In this document: piece after piece, positions 1 to 17,189 of the stretch
How the letters are laid out: every line of letters starts with the position of its first letter
Numbering within the stretch: the stretch's first letter is position 1
NCBI RefSeq assembly: GCF_009914755.1
Contig: NC_060925.1
Source of the DNA: the human T2T-CHM13v2.0 reference genome, Homo sapiens
DNA length: 64,000 nt
Strand: one strand, 5' to 3'
Position numbers and translations under genes: made by a program
The notes under the pieces: generated by a model
Told to the model about the DNA's origin: nothing
Database searches by the model: none
The model's input: only the letters and a program-made list of their open reading frames with translations

Positions 1-281
1 TTTTTTTACCAGCAAATTAGGCTTATGTAATCATACTTTTCCTTTTTACATTGACCATTAGAAATCTGAGTTGAATTTTTAAAAATTGTACTGACAATAT
101 TAATCTAGTAAGTTGATATGTTTACCACAATTTTTTCCTAAAAATTTTCTAATTTCTGTTTTTCTTTTAACTGCTTTTTGTTATACCTCTCTTTTGTTGA
201 AAGCCACTTCAGACCTTGGAAGCAAATGGGATATTCTCTTTACGTAAGCAGAGAAAGAAATCTGGAAACCAAACTTGCTAC

Positions 282-478
282 CTCCAGAGTGTGAATCAGA
301 TTGGTCATTCCCAGAGAATAAACTGAGAAATTCCAAGTGAATTGGGAGATATCACATAAACTTTGATTTTTTTCCCATAGTCTTAATGAATTTTGCTGAT
401 GTCTTGATATTCCCAATCTCCCCTTTTAATCAACGTTATGTGTTTGAGATAAGTTCGGCAGAGGTTGGAGGATCAGAC
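282..478 (-). pseudogene. CATSPERB-like candidate exon (V*SSNLCRTYLKHITL...KIKVYVISPNSLGISQFILWE*)
   Basis: Pyrimidine tract plus aag acceptor, phase 0, matching the upstream exon. LGISQFILWE resembles QGSTSLAFIMWS. Four stops. Confidence 0.35.
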
Positions 479-1129
479 CTTAGTCATAGAACACAGGAGA
501 GAATATCTAACAGTCTAATAAATGCATATAAATTAAATACATACTGGGCAAACCACTCTAGATTTGAAGTATTAAAATCTGGGGAAGAATCACAGTTAAG
601 CTGGTTGACTGGGCACTTCTTGACTTAATGAAAATTTGTCAGCAAAAGGCTACCATACGAGTTAGGGAAGGTGTACCTTAAGCATGTCTTGAATGGCATG
701 ACTTTGTGGGTGAGGAAGATAGTGTTTGCTATGAAATAGTAACAGGAATAGACATGTCACACACAAGGGAAGAATAGCAGTTGTTCCTAACTAGAGCTTA
801 CAGTATGGTCCAGGAAGGTGTGGAGTTGAGTTAGAAGTTCTAGGGGGAAGAGGAGAAGAGCTTAAAGAAAAAATAGGAGTTAGAAGTGCCTGTGATGAAC
901 TCAAAGCAAAAGCCATCTGAGAATGGAAAATCTCATAAAGGAAGGATGAATAGGAGTAGGAAAAACCACTGAACCACCATTATCTACCAGACAGGTATAT
1001 CATCTATGCTTCAGAAGAAATCTCATCAAACATGCATGTCAGGACTGGGCTGTGAATTGCAATTAAAATATTTACACAGAGGGAGAAAACTAATTTTTTT
1101 AAATGATAATGTGATTCTGTGAGGGTGAT

Positions 1130-2620
<1,491 letters not shown>

Positions 2621-2635
2621 TAAAACATTTTTTAG

Positions 2636-2850
2636 AGAGTAGAATGGTGGCTGCCAGGGGTTAAGAGAAGGGAGGAGTAGAAAATTATTGTTGGAAGGGT
2701 ACAGAGTTTTAGTTTTGCAGGATTAAAATGGATGGTGGTGATGTTTGCACAACAATGTGATATACTTAATGTTTTCAAACTATACACATACAAATGGTTA
2801 AAATAGTACATTTTATGTTATCTATATCTTATCATAACTGTAAAAATTAA
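2636..2850 (+). mobile_element. L1MB-type 3' end
   Basis: agagtagaatggtggctgccagg...gatggtggtgatg...aaatggttaaaat motifs. Confidence 0.75.
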
Positions 2851-3399
2851 TTAAAAAGACAAAACACGTTTTTAAAAAGTGGGTACATCTAAACCATAGT
2901 GTCTCAGTGATTAAACCCAAAGGAAATGCAAGGAAGTTATGACTATAAAGGATGCTGGCTATGTAGGAAAGATGAAGGGGGCTGTGACTGGATAATGGGA
3001 TGAAGTACCCAGAAGAGTGTTTTGAGGAGGTGGGCAGAAAAGTTCTATGTATTGACCTAGATGGGAGTCACAAGAGTCTTGACCTGAAAATAATTCACCA
3101 TGGTATACATTTGTATCGTTTAGTTTTCTATATTCAGGTTTTATTTTAAAATAGAAAGGGGAAAAGAATAGAAAATAAATGAGAGAACGATGAATGTGTT
3201 CAGATGCACAAAATCTAATAAAGTATTTCCATTTGCTTTGGTTGTATCCCAGCTATAGCTCTTCACTGTGAAGACATTTATCTTATTTACAGGTTTTTCA
3301 TTCAACCTTTCTCTCATTTATTTATTTAACTTTCGGATTAATGTGCTTACATTCTAGAAATCAAATATAAAGCGCTGAAGCAGGAAGACAGATACTAGT

Positions 3400-3810
3400 T
3401 ATTCTCCATCCCCCCGCCCTTGCTAAGACCCGTTCTCATCACCTTCTTTTATCTGCTCTGTGCTGCTGGAGATCATCCTTATGGACTGAGTCTTCCAGCT
3501 CCCAGGTCCTCTGGTTTCCATTTGTGTTTGGCCAGCAAGAGACACCATCAAGAGACTGAAGGGCAGGTAGGGGAAGGAAAGGTCAAGGTATGTCCTGCCT
3601 CACTTTTCCCTCTACTTCTATGCTATAATTCTGGCAAAGGTTTTATTTATCTGTAATTACTACTAGGATTCTTCTGCTCCAAGGCAACTCTCCCATTGAG
3701 CCCCCATGATATTGTTTCCAACTCTTCTTCCTTTAAGCCTGGGGTGGTAATGGCTTCACACTGTTGCTATTCCCTGGGTGCCTCAATGTTCCTATGGGCT
3801 CCTTAAACCC
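3400..3810. mobile_element. Old ERVL LTR (LTR33-like)
   Basis: Recognised by eye; degenerate. Confidence 0.4.
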
Positions 3811-3899
3811 CCTATAATTATTTTATAATTATTATTTTAAATAATTTTTTATGTTAATGCCATAAATAATTATTTTATGTCAATGCCATAACCACTTCA

Positions 3900-4281
3900 A
3901 CATGTGTGGAAAAGAGGTTTTTGCAGATGTGATCTAGAGATGAGATTCTCCTGGAGTATCCATGTGGGCCCTAAATCCAATCACAAATATCCTTATAAGA
4001 AACAGAAGTGGAGAAGACATAGACACAGGGGGAAGGCCATAAGCTGAGGGAGGCCGAGACTGTAGTTATGCAGCCATACGCCAAAGAACACAGAGAGCCA
4101 CTAGAGGTTGGAAGAGGCAAAGGAGAATTTTCCCCCAGAGACTTCAGAGAGTGCATGGCTGTGCTGATGCCTTGATTTTTTTTTTAATTTCTGGCCTCCA
4201 GAACTGTAAAAGAATAAACTTCTCTTGTTTTAAGCACCAAGTGTGTGGCAATTTGTTACAGCACCACAGGAAACTAATACA
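3900..4281 (+). mobile_element. MLT1B/C MaLR LTR
   Basis: gggccctaaatccaat...ctggcctccagaactgt...aataaa...ggaaactaataca. Confidence 0.85.
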
Positions 4282-4839
4282 CCGTGTAAGTGTGCCTTCA
4301 GGATCCTGATTGAATTAGAGATTATAGTCTATTAAGGAAAGCAGACATTAAATAAATCAGCCCACATCTCCAACTCAATATTCTTCACACTATGCCTTTA
4401 CTTCTCATCCAGGGAAAAAACAGAATGGCCCTAAAGAAATTATTGCTAGACACTGACAGGTGAGGTTCCCCAGTGAAAGATCAATCTACAGTGCATCCCT
4501 CCAAACCATATCTCCTCTATCCCCACTTATCTCCCCTACCCCCACAGAAATTCCTATTTTTCTTTAAGGTCCTATTGTTAAATATGAATACACAAAGAAG
4601 GTTTACAGACATTTGAAAAATTATTTATCATGGAAACAGAGACCAAGACACATATAATGCACATTACACAATGCACACACATACAAGTACACACACACAC
4701 AGATAAATCCAAAAAACAAAAAAGAAAGAAAACTTTAGAGAATGATATGTCCTCAAAAAATAAAAGAGGATACTGCATCCATGAAACAAGAACAGATTAC
4801 TACTTAAAAAGAAATCAGAGAACAAGGAAGCAATTCTGA

Positions 4840-6190
4840 AACCACTTTACATATTTGTTAAAACTGAACAAGTAAATATTAATACATAAATTGTAGATAA
4901 TGGGAGTCAAGGTTCTCACTGTCAAAGAAAGAAGTAACAAATAAACAATGAGAGAAGGTTAGAGTGAATCCTGTGAGGCTAAATTAGAGTCAAATAATAT
5001 GAGCTCATGATTATGTATATATACGACACACACATAAATTTTGAAATATTTAAAATGTATAAAATATGTTTGTGTATATATGTGCGGTATAAATACATAT
5101 ATCCCCTATCTCTATCCACGGAAGTGACCTAGAAGCAATAACACCCCAGTAGCAATGAACACACCCAGAACCCATATCTTGGCTTCTAATACTATTCTTC
5201 AATAATAGGAACCAGGGATACTTGGAAAAATGGCTGATTCTAGGGCTGTGGCAGGAAATAGGCAAGATGAATCTGGAGCCTGTTATTAAGGTGTCATAAT
5301 GTAAGGAAGTGCTCAAAACTACAAAATAATGGGGATATGTCAAAGGAACACAGGAACCAATTTAAAGAGATTCTAAAGACTAAAGTTAGAACAATTTGAG
5401 GAGCAAAATAAACAACAAAGTATTTGATTATAACCCAGAGAATAAAATATCACGAGTCCTACTGATATCAATACATGATTGAATAAATAAATAGGGAAAA
5501 GAGACAAATATCACATACAGATGAATTCCAAATAATTTTTGTTATTTATAGAGATGGAGCTTAATTCCCCATCACTTGAGTGTAGGCTGCGCTTAGTGGC
5601 TTGCTTCCAGGGAATAGAGTATAAAAAGGGCTGGGGACTGGACATGGGTGGCTCTGTAAATTCACAGTGGAGAAACCTAGAAAACACTAGGTTGGCCAGA
5701 TGATAAGGATTAACACCATCAGGGATGAGGCATGTGGATATCGAGCATCCTTTTACAGGATGTAACGAGAATACCACTTTACCTCTGTGGTCTTCTAGAA
5801 ACCCATAATCTCAAACTGACCATGAGAAAAATATCAGAGAAATCCAAATTAGGGACACGCTACAAAATACCTGACCAGTACCCTTCAAAAATGTTTAGGT
5901 CCTAACAAACAAGGTTAAGACGGAGAAATTGTCACAGATTGGAGGAGACGAAAAAGATAGGATGACTAAAAGCAACATGTCATCCTAGCTTGAATACCAG
6001 AACAGAAAAAGAACGTTTATGGAAAAATCAGTGAAATCCAAATAGACTATTTTAGTTAATGACAATTTCTTTGTTTTGATAAGTGACCATGGTTGTGTAA
6101 ATGTTAACATTAGGATGTGCCAAGTGAAGCTTTCTGAACAGTCTTTGCAACTCTTCCGTAAATTTAACATTATTCCAAAATAAAAAGTTT
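4840..6190 (+). mobile_element. L1MC/L1MD 3' UTR
   Basis: aaggttctcactgt, ggaaccagggatacttggaaaaatggctgattctagggctg, terminal aaaataaaaagttt. Confidence 0.75.
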
Positions 6191-6340
6191 GGGAAAATTA
6201 TGGTTGGTTAAACAGGTATGAGATGAGAGTTGAGGTTTTCTGAGAGCTTCCCAAGGGCTTGGGGATGATGGAGAAAGATATTGCTGCATGAGAATATGGT
6301 CATGGAATGAGATTGGAATCACTTAATTTTAGTGACAGAA

Positions 6341-6595
6341 ATAATAATAAGAGCAATCAATATTTTTATTCAGTTCTTATTAAGAACCAGACACTGACTT
6401 GAGGAGCTTATTTATAATATTTCATGTAATCCTCACAATAGCCCAAAGAGGCTAATATTTATTTTTGTCCTTGTGGATGTGGATGCTCAGTTGTGAGAAA
6501 GGAAAAATAACTTTGCCTGGATTGTTCATGTAGGGAGTAGATCTGGGATAGGAACCCAGGTCCATCTGAATCCAAAACTCATACTCTCAATATCA
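6341..6595 (-). mobile_element. MIR
   Basis: aatcctcacaatagccc...gaacccaggtcc core. Confidence 0.7.
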
Positions 6596-7299
6596 TATTT
6601 GATTTTAGTCTCCAGTCCAACCAAAAACCAAGGACCATGAAACAGAAAGGATTGAGTCACTCTAGCATTTAGCTTTGCTACATGGACAACAGGCTAGCGT
6701 GGCCTTAATTGCAAGGTCATCTTAGGGTTTCAATTAGCATCAAGAGGGCAAACCCCAAACTGCAGGTGTTTCTCAAGCCTCTGCTTGTATAATGTTTGCT
6801 AACATCCCAGGTGCCAAGGCAAGTCCCACGGATCATGGAGGTTCAGTGAGTGGAGAAACTGACTCCCGTTCCTGGTCAGAGGACCCGCAGCATCACATTG
6901 CAGAGGACTGGAGCTGGGTGGAACACAATTGATGACCTCATGGGCACTTGGACGAGGAAAAGAGAGGCAGCGCAAATGCAGGTCTTTGCAGTTCTGTTCG
7001 GAAGGTTGTTAATGATCTACCCTGCCTCTAGGCTGAATCCTGAGATGTGGAGATTTGGACTATGTGGATGGAGAAGGGTCAGGGAAAGCCTAGTGGAAGA
7101 TGTGTGATCAGGCTGTACTGTGAGGCTGCCAAAGCTCAAAACAAACTAAAATAGGACAAGCTGTGGGAAGAACAGATGAGCAGGCCTTAAATGCTAAGCT
7201 CAGACACTGGGCTTGCTAGGCCAGGAAACCCCCAGCCAAGGATGGGTTCTAACTGATTTCTGTGTCCCGAATAGAGCCTGACACCAGGTAAGAATAAGA

Positions 7300-9345
<2,046 letters not shown>

Positions 9346-9734
9346 GGTACTCTTGAAGACACATAGTTGTAATGGGTAAGAGGTTCGGTCCTTATGGTAG
9401 GACAGGAGTAGATATTTTAGTTCACAAAGGATTTGGAATTCCTCAAATCACTTTCTTGGGGCATCTCTTTACTTTGCCTACACAGTGACCCTTTGGGAAA
9501 TGGCACCAGGTGTCCCAGGCTGGTGCTTAAAGTGGGAATATTAAGGTAAGATGTGGCAGATTCTACCAGATAGAATATCACTATGCTTCCTTCCAAAGGG
9601 AGCCTTATTCAACTCCTCTCTGCAATTGTTTGTATACAGAATGTGCCAAAGGTTCCAAGGAGAATCTTAAACTCTCACACCACATGTGACCCAGTGGAAT
9701 GCAGAGGGCAGGGCCTCCTTCCGGAAACACATCA

Positions 9735-9910
9735 GCCCTAGTCCTAGCTCCAATCCTTCTTGCTGAGGGGCCTCAGCTCTGTTACCTACCCCCTCTATGT
9801 CTCAGTTTTCTTACAAGTAAAATGATAATATTAATAGTAGCTAGCTCATATGATTAGAAGGATTAACTGAGTACATAAAGCACACAGAACATGCCTGGCA
9901 CAGAGTGGGT
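9735..9910 (+). mobile_element. MIR
   Basis: tctcagttttct...taaaatg...cctggcacagagt. Confidence 0.7.
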
Positions 9911-10099
9911 GTAACTGTCTCATGAGCGACCATGACTTAGAATAATCAATTTCAGGAGTCCTCCTGGGTGGCAGGATTATCCTTTATATATATTCCAAAA
10001 CTGTTTAATGAGAAGAAATACATTTCAGTTAAAAATAATTTATATTATAATATCCTTTAGTTGGGTTTAGTTAGGTTCCTGTTGTTAATTGAAAGTGCC

Positions 10100-10548
10100 C
10101 CATGTGTGTTCACTGCAGCACTATTCACAACAGCAAAGACATTGAATCAACCTAAATGCCCATCAATGATAGACTGGATAAAGAAAATATGATACATATA
10201 CACCATGGAATACTCTGCAGCATAAAAAAAGAGTAAGATCATGTCCTTCACAGGGACATGGATGGAGCTGGAGGCCATTATCCTTAACAAACTAATGCAG
10301 GAGCAGAAAGCCAAATGCCTCATGTTCTCATTTATAAGTGGGAACTAAATAATGAGAACACATGGACACACAGAGGGGAACAACACACACTGTGGCCTTT
10401 TGGAGGGTGGAGGGAGAGAATCAGGAAGAATATCTAATGGGTACTAGGCTTAATACCTGGGTGATGAAATAATCTATACAATAAACCCTCATGACACAAG
10501 TTTACCAATATAACAAACCTGCACATGTACCCCTGAACTTAAATAAAG
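10100..10548 (+). mobile_element. L1PA13-16-type 3' end
   Basis: ORF2 end (atagactggataaagaaa) plus 3' UTR ending gtacccctgaacttaaataaa. Confidence 0.9.
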
Positions 10549-10552
10549 TGTG

Positions 10553-10752
10553 GTTCAGGGACAGTTTTTATCCCAAGGGGCATTTGTCAATGACTGAAGC
10601 CATGTTTGCTTGTCACAACTGAGGGTGTTACTGGATGTAGTGAGCAGGGGCCAGGGATGCCGCACAGCACTCTACAACGCATAGATAGCCCCTGACGAAA
10701 AAGAGTTATCTGGCCCAAAATGTCATTAGTGCCAAGATTGAGAAACTGCTCT
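10553..10752 (+). mobile_element. MER20 (hAT-Charlie)
   Basis: ggccagggatgc...ggcccaaaatgtcattagtgccaagattgagaaac. Confidence 0.8.
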
Positions 10753-10837
10753 ACAGGACCTAGTAAACAGAAATAGTCAGCAAACAACTGTATTCCCATT
10801 AGGCAAAAGAACATTTTCTCTTCCAAAGGAAGTTAGA

Positions 10838-11304
<467 letters not shown>

Positions 11305-11347
11305 TCAGCAAATGATCCCTCCAATCCTAAAAGAGTAAAATGCTTAC

Positions 11348-11449
11348 TTCCCTGATGAAAAAAAAAAAGTCATTCATAGATAAGAAAAATCATGTACAAG
11401 AGTTTTTGACACCAAGCTGATTAGAGATCTCACAGCCATCTTGGGATAT
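11348..11449 (-). pseudogene. CATSPERB-like candidate exon (ISQDGCEISNQLGVKNSCT*FFLSMNDFFFFIRE)
   Basis: 102 nt, phase 0-0, acceptor gttacag, donor GAA|gtaagc, single TGA. Resembles IYSKPCNYWFQ...KYIDLGNSYVL. Confidence 0.5.
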
Positions 11450-11754
11450 CTGTAACTAAGCCTAACACTGAGTTGAAATAAATATTCCACTTACCTATTC
11501 CTTATTAAAATATTAACCATATCCACTAGAAAATGAAGCAAACAGCTTTAAGAAGAAAGCCCTAAATGAAAAGAAACTGCTGGAGAAGTAGTTACTTTAC
11601 TTAAATATCATTATATACTACTGATTTTTAATAAACACAGTACAAAATAGAAAAAGTGTCCTACTAGAATCAGAGATATACAAGCTCTTATATTTGGGCT
11701 TTTAAACATCTGAGCTAAAGATGTTTAAAATAGTTTAGGTTTGTTTAGTGAAAA

Positions 11755-12181
11755 TTCTCTCCCTTCCTACTAAGGATAGAGTTTATTTTCCCATCCTTGG
11801 ACCCATCTTGGACCATCTGTGTGACTTGCTTTGACCAATGGAATATTAGCAGAGACCTGAAATGTGCTTATGCAGTTTGTTTTGACCTGTGTTTTTAGGC
11901 GATTTGCCACGAGAAGGACATGGCCTGGTGGCTACTGCACCTTCAGCTTCCGCACACATAAATACATATGGAACACACCGGACCTAGTCTCCAGCCTGGA
12001 GCCATGCCTACAGCATGGCTGAAGCATGAAGCAGGGCTAACTGGCCACATTCAACCTCCATCAGCTGAAGCACAATACACCTGCAAACCTATGAGTCTGA
12101 GAATAAAGGCTTGTTATTGAAAGCCACTAAGATTTGGGGTGGTTTGTTATCCAACATTCTGATGGCAACAGCAGTAATAGA
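11755..12181 (+). mobile_element. MLT1 (G/H-like) LTR
   Basis: gtgacttgctttgaccaatgg...aagccactaagatttggggtggtttgttat. Confidence 0.75.
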
Positions 12182-13470
12182 TCACCAGGTCTTTGTGATT
12201 TTGCTTTTAAATAAATTCACTAATTCTAAATGGAATTCTCAATAGATATTTGCAAATTAATCTTTTTTTCTATAGAAATAATGACTACTGCTTCTTTGTC
12301 TTGAGTTGTTGATAAAAATATATGTTTCATAGAGCATAAAATGGGCTACATGAGGGCAGACTTCTACAAGGATTAATTTCTATAAGATGTAGAAATGTCT
12401 TTTATATCACTTTAGAACTCTCCCAGGCATTTAAATAAGAGTGGTCTTTTTTTTAGGAAGTTCTGTTGGCTGCATGTAAACTTTGAAATAAAATTAGCTC
12501 CAAGTTAGAAAACAATTGGTATAGCAATCTACCTAAGGCATTCTTGGAAAAAGTTGGGTGGCATGATTATTTTAGTCTTTAAATTTCCAGAAACATTTCT
12601 TCCATTTGGCTTGTGAGATTAGGAATTTAGCAAAGAAGTAACAAAACCGTACTTAGATAGGCAACTGATGAACTGCTTAAACTAAGATTTCTAATTCATT
12701 GTGATCGGGAATCTCATTTACATAAAATGAAAAATAATTAAATTGCATCTTAATTGTGATCTTTTCCAATTTAATTGAATTTCAACACTTAGGTCAGTGG
12801 CTGGAGTACAAAGTCAATTTCTTCCTGAAAGGTTTTATTATTATTTTAAAATTAATTTCCTTCCTTATTCACAAGAGGGGAGTGATATAGCCCAATGTGA
12901 ATGAACGATTACATGGACCTATATGAGGTTTTGAATAAATACCTTGACTTGGGCCCAGTAAGCTTGCAAAGGTTGCTAACTGTATGTATTTAGTTGTCAC
13001 TGGTGAATTCGTATGTGTAGGCAGATGCAGAAGGAAGGTTGTGATATAAGCTATAGACTGTAGTCTTTTCTTTCTCTCCTGAGGACGGGGTGGACAAAAT
13101 GGGCTTGAGAAGCAGTAGCCTGAAGTTGGGAATCACTGGAATTCAAAAATGTTAGCATTTAAAGCTGCCCAAGAAGCCAGTGAAACGACTCCAACCTGCC
13201 ATATGAGGACATGGAAACTCTCAGAAAGGTAAAGGCAGTGATCTACCCAAGGCTGAAAAGATAGTGAATTCCAGAGCTGCGTGGTCCATCTAGATTCCCC
13301 GATTCCTAATTCTAATTACTTCTCAAGCAGATTTAAGGAAGATTATCTGATGCAAAGTTACCAAAATTACAGAAATTGTTTATTATGGTCATATATACAG
13401 GGTCTGACTTACTAGCCTTTAAATGCAAAAGTAGTGGTTGCTTACACTTTGCTGCAGCATTAGCGCTTAC

Positions 13471-13880
13471 TTGGGGGGACTGCTGGGTGGCAGAGCCCCC
13501 AAAGAACAGCCTCTCCCATTGGGAGTTCTCCAAGATCATTGTCTTTCTCATTTTGGAGTTTGTGTTTCCTACAGGATCTATTCTGACAAAGCTGTCCTGT
13601 GGCCTCACAATCACGTCTGTCAGGGTAGCATGGTTGTCCAGGACAAGTGTGTATATCAGTGGCTCCTGGCAGGTGATGATTACATAAGCATCCTGCCAGC
13701 CACCCGAGTGGAAACGATGGTCCCAGCACTTCTGAGAGAAGAGAACATGACGGGGGTGCAGCATGCGGCTGGGGTGCACAGGCTTTCTGGCCTGGCAGAG
13801 ATCTTTTCCAGTGAAGTGATTTTTCACATTGCAGGAGGAAACACGAGAAAAGGCTTCTTCATCTGCCAGACTCAGGGTGC
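13471..13880 (-). pseudogene. CATSPERB-like candidate exon, 410 nt, stop-free (TLSLADEEAF...IYTLVLDNHATL...LENSQWERLFFGGSATQQSPQ)
   Basis: Acceptor gtgttttaag, donor CAA|gtaagc, phase 1-0; coincides with ORF 13333..13827. VLDNHATL and ENSQWERLFFG resemble ILDNKNAL and KSTWFLYNFG. Confidence 0.65.
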
Positions 13881-14504
13881 CTTAAAACACAAAGTGCTTC
13901 AACTGTGTTTGAGCTTTGAGGGGGTTGGGGCTTGCTTATTTTTATAGTTATTTATGCCTTACTCTCATTTCAAGTGGCAAGCACTTTATTCAGTTTTCTC
14001 AGTGGAGCAAGAACAGACTGATTGGCCCTCTGGGTGTCCAGGAATGAAAGGTCACTCATCCACTTTGCAAACACATCCACTCAGGCGGAGAAAGCCCAGA
14101 CAGCCTGTGACCTGAAAAAGCTCCTCATGCAGTGCCCCTCGGCCAGGCCAGGTCCAGATGCTTTCCTCAGAGGGCTGAGACATCAGGAGGACCACTGATA
14201 AGACCATCTAGCAAGGATTGGACGTGGACGAGGGTCTTCACTGAAAAGAGAGAGAAGATGGGAGAAGAGGGTTAATACATACAGAAAGAGAGAGAAGCTT
14301 GAGACAAGAGGGATGTGGAAAAGACTGTGGAGATGGTAGAGGAGAAAGATTGCTTTTCCTTATTTCAGAGCTATTTTTATCAGGATAACATCTAGGCCAG
14401 AAGAAAGCAGCTCTTGTTTCCAATGTATCAGGTTAACACAAAACATATTTGTTCACCTCCAGAAGCATAGTTTTGTTTCCTTACCAACATTCTGTGAGCA
14501 GTAC

Positions 14505-14728
14505 CACACAGTGGCTAAAAGGTCAGGCTCCTGAGTCAAATGGACATGGATTTGAGTCCCAGCTCAAAGATATACTACCTTCCCTAAAGCACTATTTTAT
14601 CATTATACTATGAAGAAAGAACAGTAACAACTGTACAGAGTTATTTTGAGTATCCAATGAGATAATGCATGGAAGTACATCATAAAATATCTAACACATA
14701 GTTCTCAAATATTAGCTATTAATAATTA
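14505..14728 (+). mobile_element. MIR
   Basis: tttgagtcccagctc...aatgagataatgcatg...aaatattagctatt. Confidence 0.7.
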
Positions 14729-15020
14729 GTGAGTATTGCAATGGACATAGCACCAACAAGATTCAGAGACACAAAAAATAAAAACTGCTTTCAAGGAACT
14801 TACAGTCAGCTTGAGGATATAAGATGAGCATACATGAAGCAGTATGGAATGGCCCACAACAGCATAAAGTGTATGAAATACACTAAGTTCTGCATGAGTT
14901 TACAAAGCCCACAGTGATGAAAAGTTGTGTAATAATTCAAGATACTATGGGTAATCATCAATGAAGTGGTATATTTAAGTAGGTGCTAGAAGTGGAGATG
15001 AAAGATGAGTGTCTTTTAAA

Positions 15021-15185
15021 CCAGTGCTTCCCCAATTGTAATGTGCATATGAATCACCCAGGAATTTCCTAATAATATAACTTTTAGTTCGGTCCTGGGG
15101 TGGGGCCTCAGATCCTGCAGATTTAAGAAGCTCCTTAGGTAATGTCCATGTTATTGGTCCACAGACCACTCATTGAGTAGCAAAG
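15021..15185. mobile_element. MER5 (hAT-Charlie)
   Basis: cagtgcttcccc...gaatcaccca...ggggtggggcct...gaccactcattgagtagc. Confidence 0.7.
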
Positions 15186-15340
15186 ACTTAGAGAAAGATT
15201 TTGGAACATATTCCTGGCAGGTAATGTGTTTACCCAGTGACCTGTTCCTTGTTTTATACCTATTAAATATTAAACATGAAGGATGATGAAGAGAAAAGAA
15301 AAGAGTGGCAAGAGAAATAGGCCACAAGGTTCCTACTCAC

Positions 15341-15504
15341 AAGGAGTTTTGGGGTTGTTTTCTCCTAAATTCTCATTGATCAGAAAAACATCATCATTAC
15401 CACCACTCCAAAACAGTCACCACCATTAACTAGCCAAAACAACTGGTGGAAAAATATCCATTGAACAAGTATGTGACAATCCAGTACCAAAGCTTTAATA
15501 AGTC
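15341..15504 (-). pseudogene. CATSPERB-like candidate exon (DLLKLWYW...FSTSCFG*/NGGDCF/NDDVFLINENLGENNPKTP)
   Basis: Very strong acceptor ctctcttccacttctgtttag and donor CTT|gtgagt. Starts phase 0 and ends phase 1 as its neighbours require; internal frameshifts. Confidence 0.55.
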
Positions 15505-15987
15505 CTAAACAGAAGTGGAAGAGAGCAATCACCATGGGGCAGGGTTAGTTAGGGAAGATATCCTAGATAACTGACATTCAACCCAAAAGCTAAAAGAAAT
15601 GACAGAAAGGAGTGAAGACGGTGGATGGTGACAAAACCCAGGAACCGAAGCTCCCAACTCTCCTTACTTTTGCTTCTTACTCTTATTGTGGCACACTTAC
15701 TTATGTGCTGCTCTCTGATTGCTTTTGAGATAGTTCATTCAAACACATTTGTAGCCGCCCCCTAATTCCCCAAGAAACACATACAGTAGATTCTTCTATC
15801 CTCATACAGAGATAAAAATTATATTCTTCTTAAGCCTTCAGTTTATGATTAGTCTAAATCTAAGCCATGCTTGCTTTTCCAGAAATAAAATTAAGTGTAG
15901 AGAAGTCAGCTCCTTAAGTTGTAGATCATGAAAATGTTCTAAATATTAGAAGCATTACAGAAATGCAGAGATAGCTGACATGTTTAC

Positions 15988-16300
15988 ATGGCTTGTGTAA
16001 TTCTAGGTAACAATGTGTGTTCATTCTGATTTATAATAACACTAGGTATACAGGAGCAGCTTCTTTGATGAGGAAATGAAATCTTCTTTGCTATCTTATT
16101 TAACTGAAAAGCTCTTAAAATATATGCTTTGAAATGTCCCCTCTTCCTTGGTATTTATCCAAAGTTCTGCAAAAAGAGTTATAATCCACTTATCTCCAAG
16201 AAGCAAGTTGAGGGAGAAGTTACATAAAATAGTTGGCTTATTTATAGATGTGCATCTATTCTGTAAACCCATATGTAAAGACCAGAAGGGCATTTTGTCC
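15988..16300 (-). pseudogene. CATSPERB-like candidate exon (DKMPFWSLHMGLQNR...THIVT*NYTSH)
   Basis: Strong acceptor ttatttgtcctggttttag, donor CAT|gtaaac. 313 nt, phase 2-0, four stops in the 3' part. The junction YTSH|DLLKLW resembles HTSL-DEIIFF. Confidence 0.5.
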
Positions 16301-16434
16301 CTAAAACCAGGACAAATAAGAGATTTGTAGAGGGAGGCCAGGTCATCAGCACGATAGAAGGCTGCTTCTATTGAAGCTTCTGCTTCTATAGAAGATGATT
16401 TATTAGACTACAAAACCTGCCCCATCATGCTTAC

Positions 16435-16585
16435 TCATTACAGAAATTTATGTAAGTATGGAACAAGAAGTTGGATTTCACAATTAAATAGATTTAAAAT
16501 GATCACCTGCGTTTTAGAGTCTTTTGCACATCAATGGCCTCACAACAGCCACACCTGGCAAAAAGTTCTATAATAGTTTGGCTTT
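16435..16585 (-). pseudogene. CATSPERB-like candidate exon (SQTIIELF...IDVQKTL/NAGDHFKSI/...TYINFCNE)
   Basis: Donor GA|gtaagc, phase 2, matches the next exon. NAGDHFKSI resembles DGGNTFQLI. Needs frameshifts. Confidence 0.4.
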
Positions 16586-17189
16586 CTGAAACTCTATTTT
16601 CCCCAATATTGGCTTTTATATTTTGTCACCACTTTCCCTTTAACTATCAGTTCTTCAGTGGTCAGATGGAGAAATCAAAGAACCTGCCTTTTCAAACGCG
16701 AGTGGTTTGGATTTTTTGTTTTATTTTATATTTTCATTATTTGACCCTGCTTGCCACATCATTTGGAAACTAATCTTCCTAGAAAAGAGAATCCTATGTT
16801 CATTGACCAGCAGTGGTGTTTGACATCTGCTGTCTGGTCCCATCTTATGCAATGCTAGAAGCTGGCTTCTCGTCCAAGAAAATATTTAAAAAGCTATCTA
16901 TAGAAAAACAAAAAAAAATCCTTAATGTCTGGTTCTTTCAAAACACCTGTTGAGGTTTGAACATTTTCCCCAAGTTGACCTAAGATAGGAATATAAGAAG
17001 ACATACTGAAATGGGAGAATGGTAGATTTTATCACCTCGAGAAACAATTTTTACTATTTTGCTGATGAAAACTGAAGGAAAAAGAGAGTAACATCCCAGG
17101 GCAAAAGAAAGGACAGTCACTCCCTAGATTCTCCCAAAATGAGATGGCTCAGATACTGGAAATGGCACTGGCTTGGTTCACTCTATTCT

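Noticed and set aside
11488-11570. Strong minus donor TAG|gtaagt
   Set aside because: It would leave an intron of only about 45 nt to the 11449 acceptor.
11700-11730. 12-bp-stem hairpin
   Set aside because: Short and AT-rich; too small for a pre-miRNA and plausible by chance.
13438-13947. 169-aa plus-strand ORF
   Set aside because: Non-ATG start and no recognisable homology. It is best explained as the antisense shadow of the spliceable minus-strand exon.
16120-16170. LWINTKEEGTF as an Asp-box/VPS10 repeat
   Set aside because: Isolated and lacks the S-x-D-x-G core; no further repeats.
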